Below, one piece after another: positions 1 through 12,600 of a DNA stretch of 64,000 nucleotides; position 1 is the stretch's first letter, and every line of letters begins with the position of its first letter. Origin of the DNA: Selaginella moellendorffii (lineage: Eukaryota; Plantae; Lycopodiophyta); assembly GCF_000143415.4 (NCBI RefSeq), contig NW_003314264.1:2365710-2429709 (forward strand), written 5' to 3'. The notes under the pieces were generated by a model. The model was not told where the DNA came from and searched no databases. It saw nothing but the letters and a program-made list of their open reading frames with translations. The translations under genes were made by a program, and so were the position numbers.

Positions 1-356
1 CATCTCGGGTCCACCTTGGACTCCAACTTGGGTCCATCTCAGACTCCATCTCGGGTCCACCTCAGACTCCACCTCGGGTCCATCTCAAACTCCACCTCGG
101 ACTCCATCTTAGGTCCATCTCGGACTCTTCCACGTGTCATGTGTTGGTCCTTTTGGGTCTCTTTTTAGGGCCTTGCTTATTGCTCACTTTGTGCTTATTC
201 CTCGAGCACTTTGTTGGGAGTTCCACTCCCGCTCTTGACCTTTCAAGTCGAAGCTTTTAGTCCAAACGTGTTATGCTCGTTTGGCTTTCGCTTCGGCCAC
301 TACCACATGGCACCCTTCCGGCTCCACTTTGGGGCTTAGGGATTTTGTATCTCACA
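1..356 (-). mobile_element. Partial LTR (5' end on minus strand) of an LTR retrotransposon running off the window start
   Basis: 1-125 is a degenerate 12-bp tandem array (gggtccatctca/gactccacctcg) whose reverse complement resembles the gagtccgagatc array in the LTRs at 44144/48390. The GC-richer block ends abruptly at ...gtatctcaca, which reads TGTGAG on the minus strand, a TG LTR start. Boundary uncertain by about 2 nt. Confidence 0.55.
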
Positions 357-1299
357 CATCGATCATATTACTCATTTGCGGAGAGTTGCCACTATTGTAG
401 TTCTCAAGGACTTTGATGCAATTCGGTGGAATCTTGTTCATGCATAGGATCAATATCATTTGCTTTCCATCAAGGGAAACCTTGAAAGCCCATATAAAAT
501 ATCTAGTATGTATGACAAACTTGTATTTGCCGGTATACATAAAGTCTTTCTTGTATGCTAGGAGAAATTTCTTGCCGATGTTGAGATTGTATGGCTTCTC
601 TATAATCTTTGAAAGCTCGTAAATTTCTAACTTCATATAGCCACTTGTCTAGCTCTTTAGTCCTCTTCTAAGTCAAATTGAGAAGACTCACTCTGATCAT
701 GCTAAGGGATATGGGATTGAAGATGAAGTCTTTGGTGATGTTGTGCACTTGTGTGCTCCATTATTTCCCCATTCCTTGATTAAATGTTAAGTGATCTTAG
801 TTCAAATCTCTAACTTGAATTTTCTTTTTCTTCTTATTGTTTTCTTGATAGAGCTTGTTTTCTTTTGATCTTATGCACAATTGTTTATGAGTGTGGTCTT
901 GTTTTGGTCTAAAACTTTCACATTGTGCCATTTCATGAATCTTTGAGTTGAGTTCTCAAGCTTGATTTAAGAAAATCTTCTTAGAGTTGTCTTTTTTGTA
1001 TTTGAACCTTGAAATTCTTCTTTAAGTTGAATTCTTAAATTTGAATTCTAAGATTTGTCTTTCTATTAAAATTTTGATCTTGATTCTATTTTGTTTTATC
1101 TATGTCAAAGTTTTGAGTTTTGTGCTTAAAGTTCTTGGATTCTAACTAAAGATAATTGGCTCAAAAAAAAAATCAAGATGGGAAGGATCATTTCAACCAT
1201 TTAAAACTTTAGGAATGGTAGTAATTGCAACATTTCACAATGAATATCTTCATATTATCAATATCAACAAGGTTAGGAAATATTGATTAATGGATACTA

Positions 1300-3200
1300 A
1301 TCTTAACAATGATTTAAGAAGGAATAAGCAAAAATTATAACTTTAAAACCCAGCCACTCAAGAACTACAACCTTAAAACTCAGAAATACATTCTTGAAAC
1401 TAAAGAACTTGATCTTCAATTTTAAGTTCTTCACTTTTCTTGAGTATTTTTTAGTATCATAGTCAATTTTTTTCTAGCTTGAATGGCTATGCATCTAGAT
1501 TGTTTGTAATTGTTCTTCATCGAGTTTCTTTAACATTACTAATCTTTTCTTGATTGATTCCCCTTTATTGCTCTCGTATTGTATTACCATTCATAATGAA
1601 GGAACAATGTACTTGAGTGGTGTTAAAGTTTTTAGGTTGTAGGTGAGTTTAAATAATCTTGAATGAGATCATCCTAGTAATTTTTATTTATTTTCATGAT
1701 CTTCTTAAGTATATTCTTAAGGGTCTTACTTGTAAATTTGGCCTAGATAATATGGTATTAAAGCTTTGTACTTTATTGTGGACTCTTTGAGTTAGAATAT
1801 TGATAGTCTTATTTAAGTTTCCATTGTTGAAAAAGTTTGAGAAGAGTCATAGGATAAAGTTCTGGAGTCTACTTTTTCAGTGCATACTTGGTTCTGTAAC
1901 AGATAGTACATTCTCAATAAAATTTTGCTAAAGCATGCTAGAGTGTTGGCCACTAAAGTTCTACTTGTAAAATCTTTTGAGCTGTGATTTCTTCTACAAA
2001 ATTTCCTTCTACTTGTCTGCAATGAGTTTCTTTAAGTAAATCTTGAATTTCATCATATTATACACAACTTCATAGTTTGTTATTTTTTCCTGACTTATAT
2101 TATCTTCCTCCTATAATTAAATATGGTCTTATTCTCAAGATAAATTGTTTGTATTAGTCAAAGGTGGTGTACTAAATCTATAGTCAAGTAGTAGTAAATA
2201 TCATTTATCGCATGTTATTTGCCAAGCTTATGGATAATTTCAAAGTTGTATTCTTAAAGGAGTAAAAATTATCAAATAATTATGCTAGTGAGGATGGTTT
2301 TATTAAGAAGCTGTAGAATTGCTATGTAATCCACCATGATATTTACTTTATTGCCAAGTAAATAATGTTAAAACTTCTAAAGTGTGTAGACCATTCTAAA
2401 ATCTTATTTTTTCTATGGTGATGTAATTCATTTTAGCTCAAATGAGGTTTTAGTTGGTTGGTCTATTTTTAAGATCTTCCTATTATTATGAAAGAATCTC
2501 TTTTATTGTGTAATCTGAGCTGTCGACTTCAATATTGAAATTTTATTATAGTTTGGTTATGCAAGTATTGGTTATGCAACTAGTGGTGGTAAGTTTTGTT
2601 TTAAATATTCTAAATTTTGTTTTGTTAACTCTTTGGTTTTATTGATTTGATTTTAAATGAATTGTTGTTTCTTAAGTATTTATTTTTCAAAAAAATTTTA
2701 AGTTGTTTCTTGAGATTCTTATTCTTTTTAGAAATTTTGTTAATAGTTATATTAGTTTCTAAGTTGTTATTAACACTTATCTTTACGATCATTTGTTGAT
2801 AGAACTTCTTTAAACTTTATATATACTATATATATTTATGTTACTAAGTTAGTAAATCTTTATAGTGCTTTATATAATATATGAATATTTATATATAATT
2901 TTTAATGCCTTCTTTATTGCCTTGTTTGATACTCTTGAGTTATTTAAAATGTTTAACTATAGTCATTCCATGTTAGTATTTTTCTTTGAATCTTTTTATC
3001 TTGTCACCAAAATTGAGTTTTTTGTTATGGTTGTAGTACCATTTAAGTGCTTTGCCTTTAAGAGTGAATAGAAATAAGGTTTATTATTATCTTGTTACTA
3101 ATTAACTTTAATGATCAAGTTAAATTTTTAGAGATGTTTCTTGGCACTTTTAGTTTTTCTGCCAGTGAAAATCAGATAAGTGATTATATTGTTATATAGT
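1300..3200 (-). mobile_element. Highly degenerate Athila-like Ty3/Gypsy relic (gag, RNase H, integrase; protease and RT not seen)
   Basis: Hand translation of the minus strand: gag 'LFLFTLKGKALKWY' (~3085-3040) and 'LKSIKQGNKEGIKNY' (~2940-2895); RNase H 'FNIEVDSSDYTIKEILS*' (~2540-2490) and 'AKMNYITIEK'; integrase zinc finger 'LLKETHCRQVEGNFVEEITAQKILQVEL*WPTL*...ECTICYR...LFQQWKL' (2055-1815); GPY/F-like 'EDQVL*...EWLGF' (~1430-1340). Many stops and frameshifts. Confidence 0.8.
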
Positions 3201-6200
3201 GTTTTGAGTTGATAAAAGCCATTCTTTACCTTTAGTTTAAACTTATTTTTTTGGTAGTTGTATATGATTTAAAATTATTGGTGTAATCTTAAGTCTTTAG
3301 TGATGTTAAGTCTTATTCTAAATCTTCTATTTTTATTTTATTGAGTCTTTGATTTTTTCTATATTATTTTGACATAATTCACCAACTTATATAGTTTAAT
3401 TTGTTTTGTTGTAGTTGTTGATGATGTTATTAAAGATTTTTCCTTGAGTTTAAGTGTTCTTTTCTTATATCTACTTTCTTGAGTTTTTTGTTTTAAATTT
3501 GTTTTTCTTGAGTTCATCTTTTAGTATTTGAAATATGATGTTCTTGTAAAGGAAATTATGTATAGTTATATAATTATATAGTATAAATTAACACAATCTT
3601 ATGTATTGGTATTTATATTGAATCACGATCCACTACTTGCCAATTTTAGAATCAAATATAAGTGCATACTCCTTTATGAGTCCTTATCATAGTAAATTTT
3701 AAAAAATGTTTATAACTTATCTTTAATTGTAATGTGTTTAATTTTTCATATCCTCACTATAAAAGTCCATACTTTCCAATCAATAGTTATATTTTAAGTT
3801 AGGTAATGATTGTATTCAAAATGTTGTTATTTTCAATGTTGTTGAAATAAGTTTAAAAATTATTGATTTATATATGCTTTTATCTTCAATCATTATCTAT
3901 TCATCAAGATAGATTCCAGTAAATGTTTTTACCTAAAAGCTTGTATCTATCATTTTTTCACCCAAATTTTATTTTATTTTTTTCATCAGCTAACTCATGT
4001 ATAGTTGCACTAACAAATATAACGTATCCCTAAAAGAATATTTGTATAATGATATTTTTGATTTCTTGAAGTAAAAAAGTTGGAAGTCTCTTATAGATTC
4101 AATTAACTTCATCTTGTGCTTATTATATTTCTTTTCTTTGACAAATATATTCTCAATCTAGGTAGATGTATAAAAAATGTAAGAAATCTCAAGGATAAGT
4201 CTTTCACATATAAAACTACTTGTTGAAAAAATCTATACTAAACACTATTTGAAAGTTTAGTATTTTCAACACTACCAAGTCTAGTCTTTCTTTCCATTTG
4301 AATATCTTTCAACCTTTGCAATTGTGCTTGCCTTCAATTCATGGTAAAGTAAGGAGGCCTCTACTCAAATTTTTCATCCATATGATAGAATTTTCACTTG
4401 CTAGATGTTATATCAAATTATAATTAGTATTACAAATCACTCATAATCTATATTCATTACTAATACTTTTCCCACTGTAAGTCACTCCCACCATTCCAAA
4501 TTCTCTAGAGAATTTATAAAGAAAATTAATGACATTGAGTCTGGAAGTTTTAACTTTTTTTAACTTACAATTTCATGGATACTCATATTTTATCCCCTTA
4601 ATCTTTTAGTTGTTAGTCACTATCCTCAACATCTCTTGAGTTTTCTATTGCTCTAAGAAATTCCATAACTTCTACTCCACATCAACCCCAAAAATCTACT
4701 CATAACCACTTTGATTAATCATCTCATTGCATATGCAACCATTTCCTTACTCCCACAATCACCTTCACAACTTGTCCTCCAAGAAACCACCATCTTTATA
4801 GCAGAAAAAAAACCATTATTCAAAACACCTCCTCTTAGTTGTATATATTTTCTTGCTTGAGAAAGTAAAACTTAGAGGCTCTACAAAACTTAAACTCTAG
4901 CAAGTGACTTCTCAAGAGTGCTAGAGTATTCATGTAGTCACTAATAAGTTTTGTTTTGTCTAGCAAAAGCTTTATTATGTTCATCTTTCCTTGGAATGCT
5001 AGCTTGTGTAATGACTTATGTTGTGAACTCTTTAGCTAAGTATTAAAGTTCATGTTCATATCTTAAAAAAAAAACTCCCAAGACTTCCAAACTATCACCC
5101 TGGCATGCCTCATGCATTCTTCCTGCACAATTATAGCCCAAAAGCACACTATGGTTGCTTTTCTTGACATAGATATGGCATAATCAAAGCACTTCTATAT
5201 TTGGATTAAAGTTTTAGGTTGCTTTATCAATAATGAACACCATGCCCAACTCAACCAACATAAGAGATTTACTAGCAAAATTCTCTAAATGTCCACTATC
5301 ATATTCTTTGTTAGCTACCAAGTTTTAGGGGTTGGAACTTTAGGAAAATGTAAAGAGTTTGTGCATTGACTCATCAAGTTTTAAGTTAATCTAAAACAAT
5401 GAGTGATCTCATATATTTGATTCACACACTTAGTACAAAAAGTGTTAAACCCTAAACTTTCTAACGTGGCAATTAAGTTGATATTAAAAATCATATATCA
5501 TACTAATGTACAAAACTATGTCAATGTTGTAAGTTGTGTTCAAAGATTATTACATATGTATTTAAATAAATCAAACATGCATGCATTTTAGTTGATTTAG
5601 TTCTAGTATAATAAAATTCTCTACCACACCACCCACCCCAAAACATGCCATCACATTTTGATTGTCATATCTAAGGATCAACAATCAATTACAAGCATAA
5701 CATTATCAATAAATTTATTTTATATAATTTTTAAGGTGTATAAAGTTATATTTTCATTTTAAGATGATCTAATTACATTTAAGAACTTAATCTTTAATAA
5801 TACATCAAATATCTTATTTATTTAATTACTTGGGATTTAGGAATAAGTATATTAGTTGAGGTTTAGACCCTTACTTATATACAATAATGGATGGACTAGA
5901 TTTATTCTTAAATGGACAATCCATATGCTATAGTACTATAATTAGTGTATACTTAACTAAGGTAATATATGTATATTCATATATATATTTACAAACCTTA
6001 TCACCTTTAAAAAATGAAAAAGTGATGATAATAAGTCCAGTGGAACATTTAGAGCTTTTATTAGGCAATTTTAAATTACCATAAGAATCTACAGTTCCCT
6101 TAAAACCACTAATAAAGTTGTTAACAACTATGACTGAAACAAAACCTAAAGCCATGGTATAAATATCAATTGATTACAGAATCCTGATGAATTAATTGCA

Positions 6201-7204
6201 ACTCCATATGCAGTTGTCAAATGTTAAAACCAACTTTAAAGCCATAACTTTGAAGCAAAGTAAAAGACTTCGAGAACATACATCCCATGTTTAAATTTAC
6301 CTATCGATAATTTTCCAAGAACACTATTAATTTGGACTCACAACTATAAATAAAACTTACCTTTACATTTTTTCATTAGTTAATATCTAAAATCTATATT
6401 AACTCAGACTTATAACTTTTGTCTTTGCCTAACACTATATATAAAACATCAAACTCACTCCATTTGTCCTTCATGTTCTTTATATCTCTTAAAGGAAAAA
6501 AAAGTTTTGAAACATTAGCTTCATTCAGATTTATCTAATATCTATATTCAACTTCACTCCATTATTGCATTTGTTCAGCTTCACTATATTGGGGTAAAAA
6601 TTTTCATTTAAACTCACTATATTCATCCTCACTCCATTGTCAAGGTTAAACTCTTGTTTGTTCCTTTTATCTTCTCCTTCGAAAAAAAAAAAGTTTAAAA
6701 TATAAAAGGAAAAAAGGAGAAAGTAAGAAAAAAGACAAAGGAGCATTGGAAGAGGAATTTTGAATAATTATCAAAATAAAAATGGGGAGAAAAATAAAAA
6801 ACATGTTCAAAGCTTGGAGAATAAAAAATTTGCTATGATAAAATACTTTGGTTAGCATGAAATAAATAATAAATTCACATTGCTCAACTTCTTCAACATA
6901 CAATTCAACATTTAAAACAGGAAAATCAATGGAAAAATCTACACTCTCAAGGGAATATATAAACCCTTTAGTAGTAATAGTAAAACAAAAACTTTCAATG
7001 GCATTTACAATTGAGGATATGCACTTAATTTAAAAATATGTGATGATCAAAATAAGAAAAATGATATATTTTGTCTTTAGGTTACATGTTATATTCTATA
7101 TCTAAAAAAAATCCATTACTTTTTTCATTTTAAAATAAGTGAAGTGAAATTTCAAAGCGTTTATGGCAGAATTTACCTACTAGGGTTTTGGCTTACTTGT
7201 ATCA

Positions 7205-7747
7205 ATGGCGATGGCGTCTTGGAGCCCCAGCTCTGTGCGGTGCTCTCCCTTGCCGCCTAAGCGATTGCGGCATCCGGTCGCCTCGGTGATGGAGCGCAAG
7301 GTGCTGCATTGCTCTCGATCGATCATATTTCTGGCATTTTGTGAGTTTTCTCGGCGGTGCTTGTGTCTTCAGATCCGGGAAAAGCTTGGAGCAGACAATG
7401 TTGTGGTCAAGGATGCGTATGGCGATGGAGAGTATCTGAGGTGCGGATTTCGTTAATTTCCCGTGGAATCTTGTTGTTTACATTTTCCTGTTCGTTCTTT
7501 TCTTTCTGACAGCATCAGCGTCGTCGCATCGGTGTTCCAGGGAAAATCGAAGATAGATCGCCAGAAGATGGTCTACAAAGCTGTGTGGGATGAAGTTAAA
7601 TATCAGGAGCACGTCATTGAGCAAATCAGGATGGAGACTCCTGAAGAAGCGTCGGGTAAACTGAACTCTATACAAGGCTTGAGATTGATCAATTTCTTCG
7701 TTTTTTTATTGTTCTTTTTGACAGGATTGGAGCAGACACATCTCTAA
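7205..7747 (+). CDS. Divergent BolA-family protein (BolA4-like paralogue), 4 exons: 7205-7300, 7373-7440, 7513-7655, 7725-7747
   Basis: Spliced product contains '[58 protein letters not shown]', homologous to the BolA4 at 14780-15547, with matching GT-AG intron positions. Confidence 0.85.
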
Positions 7748-8275
7748 ATCCAGGCAAGTGTTCACATCCTTGCAACATTGTGTAGATTTTTCCTTTTCTC
7801 TTTCAGGATATATGAAAGACTTAGTTTCCCCGTTGTGTGTAAAAGTACCTTGTACCCTGGCTGCCGCGGCTGCAATGTCAAATGAATCAACAAAAGCAAC
7901 TTTTGTTCGCTGCCGCGCGGTATTTAGTATTTTTATTCTTATCACATTGCATGTGTTTGGCAAGCTTTAACATGTCTTTGTCGAATTTTCTTGGCATGTG
8001 AGCGGGATGTGATCTGCGAAGATCTTTTGCAAGGTGTACGACAGCGCAGTAAGAATTTTGGACCTTAGCTTAAATAGGTGTCTTATTAATCACGGTCATT
8101 AGTCAGAACACTAGTTTGAGCGATGCGATTGGAAATCACGTTCGCAACTTTTGCAGGAAACAAAAACAAAAGAAAAAAACTCATCTCCAAGAGCCTATAG
8201 TCTGTACAGCAGAATCCAAACTTGTGGAGTCGGCAAGGTACTCGCGCAATATGTGGAGTGAATTTTTATATTTCC

Positions 8276-9664
8276 TCACAGCCTCTGCATCTGTAGGAGC
8301 AAGATCGCGAAAACATGAAAGACTGCCGACGAGAAGCTCGCTACACTGTTGCTAGCAGGCAAACCGGCTGGAGATCCACCCTGTGTCGAGGACGAAAGTG
8401 AACTGCAAGGTGCTAATCCCAAGGCATCCGGGACGTCACTCACCATCGAGTGCTCGTAGCACAGTCCTGTGTTATTCCTGACGATGAGATTGCGTCCAAG
8501 CCTTCCGACTAAACTCGAAGTGAATGGAACCGGGCCGAACAAGGAGTTTGCGCTGAGATTCATGTGGTAGAGGTTTGGCAGCGTGCCGATGTTGGAAGGG
8601 ATCCGTCCGGAGAACTGGTTGCCGTCGAGAGACAGGGAATTGAGCTTCTGCAACGCACCGATAGACGCTGGTATTGGTCCGGCGTAGCGTGAATTGGAGA
8701 GACCGACTGCGATTAAGTTCCCGAGACTGTCCCAGATGTTCGGAAGCTCCGCACCGATGAGATTGCTTCCGAGAAACAGATACTGGAGGCTGGCGAGCTG
8801 TCCCAACTTGTCCGGAAGACGGCCGCTGAGATTGTTATAGCTCAAGTCGAGGAACTGGAGAGCCTGGAGGTTGCAGATATCATCAGCAATTGGACCCTGT
8901 AGCCGGTTGTGACTCAAGTCCATCTTCCGGAGCTCCGCAAGCGAATACAGCTGAGACGGGATCTCTCCGGTTAGCTTGTTCTCACTCAAGTCGAGTATGA
9001 CGAGACTCGTCAGGCCGCCAATGGTTAGAGGGACGCGACCAGCGAGACGATTGTGACTAAGAACCAGCTGCCTCAGAGTTTGCAAGTTGCCTACCTCCGC
9101 TGGGATCGCTCCTTCCAGACTGTTCTCCGCAAGGACGAGCCTCTCCAAGCTGGTGAGATTTCCCAGTTCCACGGGGATGGTGCCTACGAGAGAAGGATTG
9201 TTCTGGAAAGTGAGGTGCTGGAGCGTGTCCTTGAGCTGGATTATCTCCGGGGGTATGGACACAGGCGAGTGGACGAAGCACTTGTAGAAGAAGAGCTTCT
9301 TGAGGTGCTTGAATCTGAAAATTGCGGGGTGGATGGAGGCGTTGAAGCTGCATGGAGGATTGTTGACGTAGTCGGACACCCAGCCGAGGTTGAGCTCCAC
9401 GACGTGGTAGACGTTGTTGGAGTCGATGTCGCAGGTTATGCCGTGGGGGCCTCCGGTGCAGGGATCGCCTGGGAACATCCCCTTCCAATCAATCTCGTAG
9501 TTGATTCCCTGCAAGACTTGGAAGACGGCCGCTGCTTCGACTGGATCTGTGACCGGCTCCTCCTGAGCGTTCATCTGCTGCGACCGAGACAAGACTACGA
9601 GGCAGAAGCTCAAGAGCAGGAGGAAGAGCGAAGACGAGGAGGAAACGAAAGCCGCCGCCGCCAT
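8276..9664 (-). CDS. Single-exon LRR receptor-like protein (TMM/PII-2-type RLP, resembles Arabidopsis At4g28560), no kinase domain
   Basis: 462-aa ORF with signal peptide, N-cap 'DPCTGGPHGITCD...LGWVSDYVNNPPCSFNASI...FKHLKKLFFYKCF', about 9-10 plant LRRs (LxxLxLxxNxLxGxIP), C-cap 'NNTGLC' and a short hydrophobic tail. Confidence 0.9.
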   Translation of the reverse strand: MAAAAFVSSSSSLFLLLLSFCLVVLSRSQQMNAQEEPVTDPVEAAAVFQVLQGINYEIDWKGMFPGDPCTGGPHGITCDIDSNNVYHVVELNLGWVSDYVNNPPCSFNASIHPAIFRFKHLKKLFFYKCFVHSPVSIPPEIIQLKDTLQHLTFQNNPSLVGTIPVELGNLTSLERLVLAENSLEGAIPAEVGNLQTLRQLVLSHNRLAGRVPLTIGGLTSLVILDLSENKLTGEIPSQLYSLAELRKMDLSHNRLQGPIADDICNLQALQFLDLSYNNLSGRLPDKLGQLASLQYLFLGSNLIGAELPNIWDSLGNLIAVGLSNSRYAGPIPASIGALQKLNSLSLDGNQFSGRIPSNIGTLPNLYHMNLSANSLFGPVPFTSSLVGRLGRNLIVRNNTGLCYEHSMVSDVPDALGLAPCSSLSSSTQGGSPAGLPASNSVASFSSAVFHVFAILLLQMQRL

Positions 9665-12600
9665 GGCTTGTGGAAGTTCTCGAGGAAGGAGAAAGAGGTG
9701 CAGCCTTATAAGAGAAGATGGCTGCGCACACAGTGGATGGTGGGTGAATGAGCTCTCTCAAATAGTATGCGGAACTCACAGGGATTGGTAACCGGACCGG
9801 CCAACTGTTTTCCCAGTATGGAACTTTGCGGGCAGCTAAAGACAATGATTAGCCGCTGCGGCTCATTTATCTCAAAATGGCCAGACATCCTCGCTCCAAA
9901 CAGGAGCAAAAGGTGGGACGAAGCGCCATTTATACATGCGCAGCTGAGTGGAAGCTAGAGGCGATATCGGAATGTCAATGCAGAGCAGGAAACAGAACGG
10001 GCAAAGTTAGAAGAAAAAAAGGATGGGCAGCAGAAGCAAGAAACAAAAATCATCAACCGGGAAGCGGAAGTAGAAGTGGGGCTACAGTAAATGACAACAG
10101 AACATCGCTGTGATACGACTAAAGACAGGCACAGGGGAAGGCAGGCTTTACGCTCAGTCTGGGATTTATATACATATGTGGATCATGGAGGCGGCAGGCA
10201 CAGGGAGGATCAGAATGGAGGCGGTCCTTTGTGCTGATAAAAGTCCAAACCACTCGAGAGAGAGCATCTACAGATTTGCGACAAACACTTCACAAAGAGG
10301 AGCAGGAACAGGAACAAGCTTCATATGGGGCCTGTTCATCGGCCAGTGGCGAGAGCATTATTTGCGGTGGATGAAGGTAACAAAGCGCCTGACTCTCTTG
10401 GTCCCCCTTCTCCCTCTTAACCCAGCCAGCCAACCAGCCAGCCAGCCCGCCAGCCGAGCCTTATAGCAAGCCAGTCCCTCCTTTTCGAGCTCGGCTTCTT
10501 CTTAGCCCTGCTGTCCCCACATTAGCTTTCGTCTCTTCTCTCTTTCTTTCTCTTTCACCTTAGCACTTGCCAACATCGTCCCGTACAGAAAGGCATGGTG
10601 CTCGTGCCTTTTCCCTGTGTGGCCCGCGTCGCTCATTCCATCGCTAAAACCGCTGCATCTTTGGCAGCAAGTGTGCAGCCTTCTCCTGAGATCTCCTTCT
10701 CGCTCTTCGCATTTGTTGAGCTAACGAACTTGTCTTGCTAACGTGAAAGTGCAGGAGGGATAAATATATAGGGGGAACTATAGGCGGAAAACAGGAGGGA
10801 AGTCAGAGAAGTACATGACAAGAAGACGACTGCTCAGTGAGCCGAGCAGCCCAAGTCTGAAATCATTGAACAGCGCTTGGGGACAAAGCGGAGTCTGGAG
10901 CTAGCGGCCGCGGGGAAGATGGGAAGGGACAGGTATTTCTCATAAACCTTCAAGACTTTCTTGATCACACTTACAACAAGGAAAGCGTTTGCAAGGGGCG
11001 GTGAGGAAACGAAGGAAGAAGCTATAAAGTGTTGGCCGTTTCAGACTGGGCGTGATCAGCCATTTGAGGTAAAACAATTTGCAGTGCAGTGTGAGGCTAA
11101 GGGCGAAACAACACTTACGAGGGACACAACAAAGTTTAGAAGATAAACAAGAAGAAGAAACGAGAGCGATTGAAGGTATGTAATGCTGCTAGTGGTGTGG
11201 TGGCTGATATATGGTGGAAGCTTGTTGCCAGGATAAAGAGCACAGAGCATTGACAGGCGTGCATTGGAATGCGGATAGCAACTTCCGTAAAAAGGTATGG
11301 TGGCGATATTGTTTACATTGTCAGCTGTTTGTGACCATCGGTGGCGGTGGATGCAACACACATCCCCCTTGAAACAGGCTGCCAAGGGCACATGAAGCCG
11401 TACCTTGTGCTTTGAGGTTGAGCGACATGCTCTCTCCAATTGCTGCTGCCAACATTGCACTTGTCCATTTATTAACTGGTCCCGCGGCTGCAGAATCACG
11501 CAAATTGTTCGCAAAACCATCCATCAAGAGGTATTAAGATCGACTTGAAGCGTAGAGTTTCGTTTGGTGTGGCTGTGGTACCATGTACAGGTGTGATTAG
11601 CTCGGACGTTACAAGAAAAATGGCTGGCTTTCATTCGCGATTGTGCAAAGTACTGAGAAAAGTTGCACTGCTATATAGTGAGTGATTGATCTTTCTTCCT
11701 CGTCTAAACCAAGTTGCAGGACTAAAAACTATCTAGTATGTGCGAGGTACATGCATGTACGCGTCTGGAGGGACATCGCAAACTGCAGCAGGCCGGCCAT
11801 ACAGCCAGGAGGTTTACTTAACAAAACCGAGGTTTGTCTTGAGAACTTTGAAAACCATGATGCAAACTCGAGCTTTGTCTTTGTTGACATTGAAAACTCT
11901 CAGCAGCGGGCCAGCGGCGGCTCTCGAGCGACTCCGTTTTCGTGTCCAAACGGGCTCTCCAAAGGTAACGGACGGAAGTTACCTTTCGTCTCGTAAATGC
12001 AGCGATAGAAGACGTGCCTCGCTCGCTCGCTAGCTAACTCTTGCACTGTGAAGGGAACGAGCGCGTCGACAACGACGAGTGCACCATACTTAATGTCACC
12101 GTCTCAAGATCATCTCTCAAGATCATCGTTTTTCCTAATTCCAGGTTTGATATGCTAGCTATTGCCATAACAAATCTGGACCACGGTATTCCATCTATTG
12201 CAGGACATACAGGAGCGATTCGTGGTCCCCACTGTAACGGATGCTCGTCATAAACATCAGCGCTGCTGCGAGGAGGAAACACACAGCCAGCCTCCGGGTG
12301 AGGTGAGAGAGCCTACTTTTCTCCTTCTTACTAGTCTTGCATTTCTCTTAGTAGCTACACTTGCAGACTTGCAGTGGTGTGTGTGTGGATGATTCTGTTG
12401 CATGGCGTTGACGTTTGCTGTGAGAGAGCTGGGGACTGTTACGGGGTTGCTGTCGTACGTCAGAGATCTCGTTTTGACTTTAATTACCTTCTTTGCGTGG
12501 TTGATGAGTGAGTTCTTTCTTGGTTCCTTTGATTGGTGGTGTTGCTTGTGAAGGCTGGCTCCGTTAAGAAGCTGCAAAGTTTTCTTGATTGGGCAAGGAT

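Noticed and set aside
352-636. 94-aa minus-strand ORF and other short ORFs in 0.4-6.9 kb as host genes
   Set aside because: They lie in decayed AT-rich TE sequence and show no recognisable domains.
3590-5400. Faint Ulp1-protease or DNA-transposon-like fragments in the AT-rich block
   Set aside because: Only a few residues match after assuming several mutations; cannot be supported without a profile search.
10750-10800. 'caggagggata' similarity to miR390 or a TAS3 target site
   Set aside because: Only about 11 nt match, no precursor hairpin and no tasiARF sequence seen.
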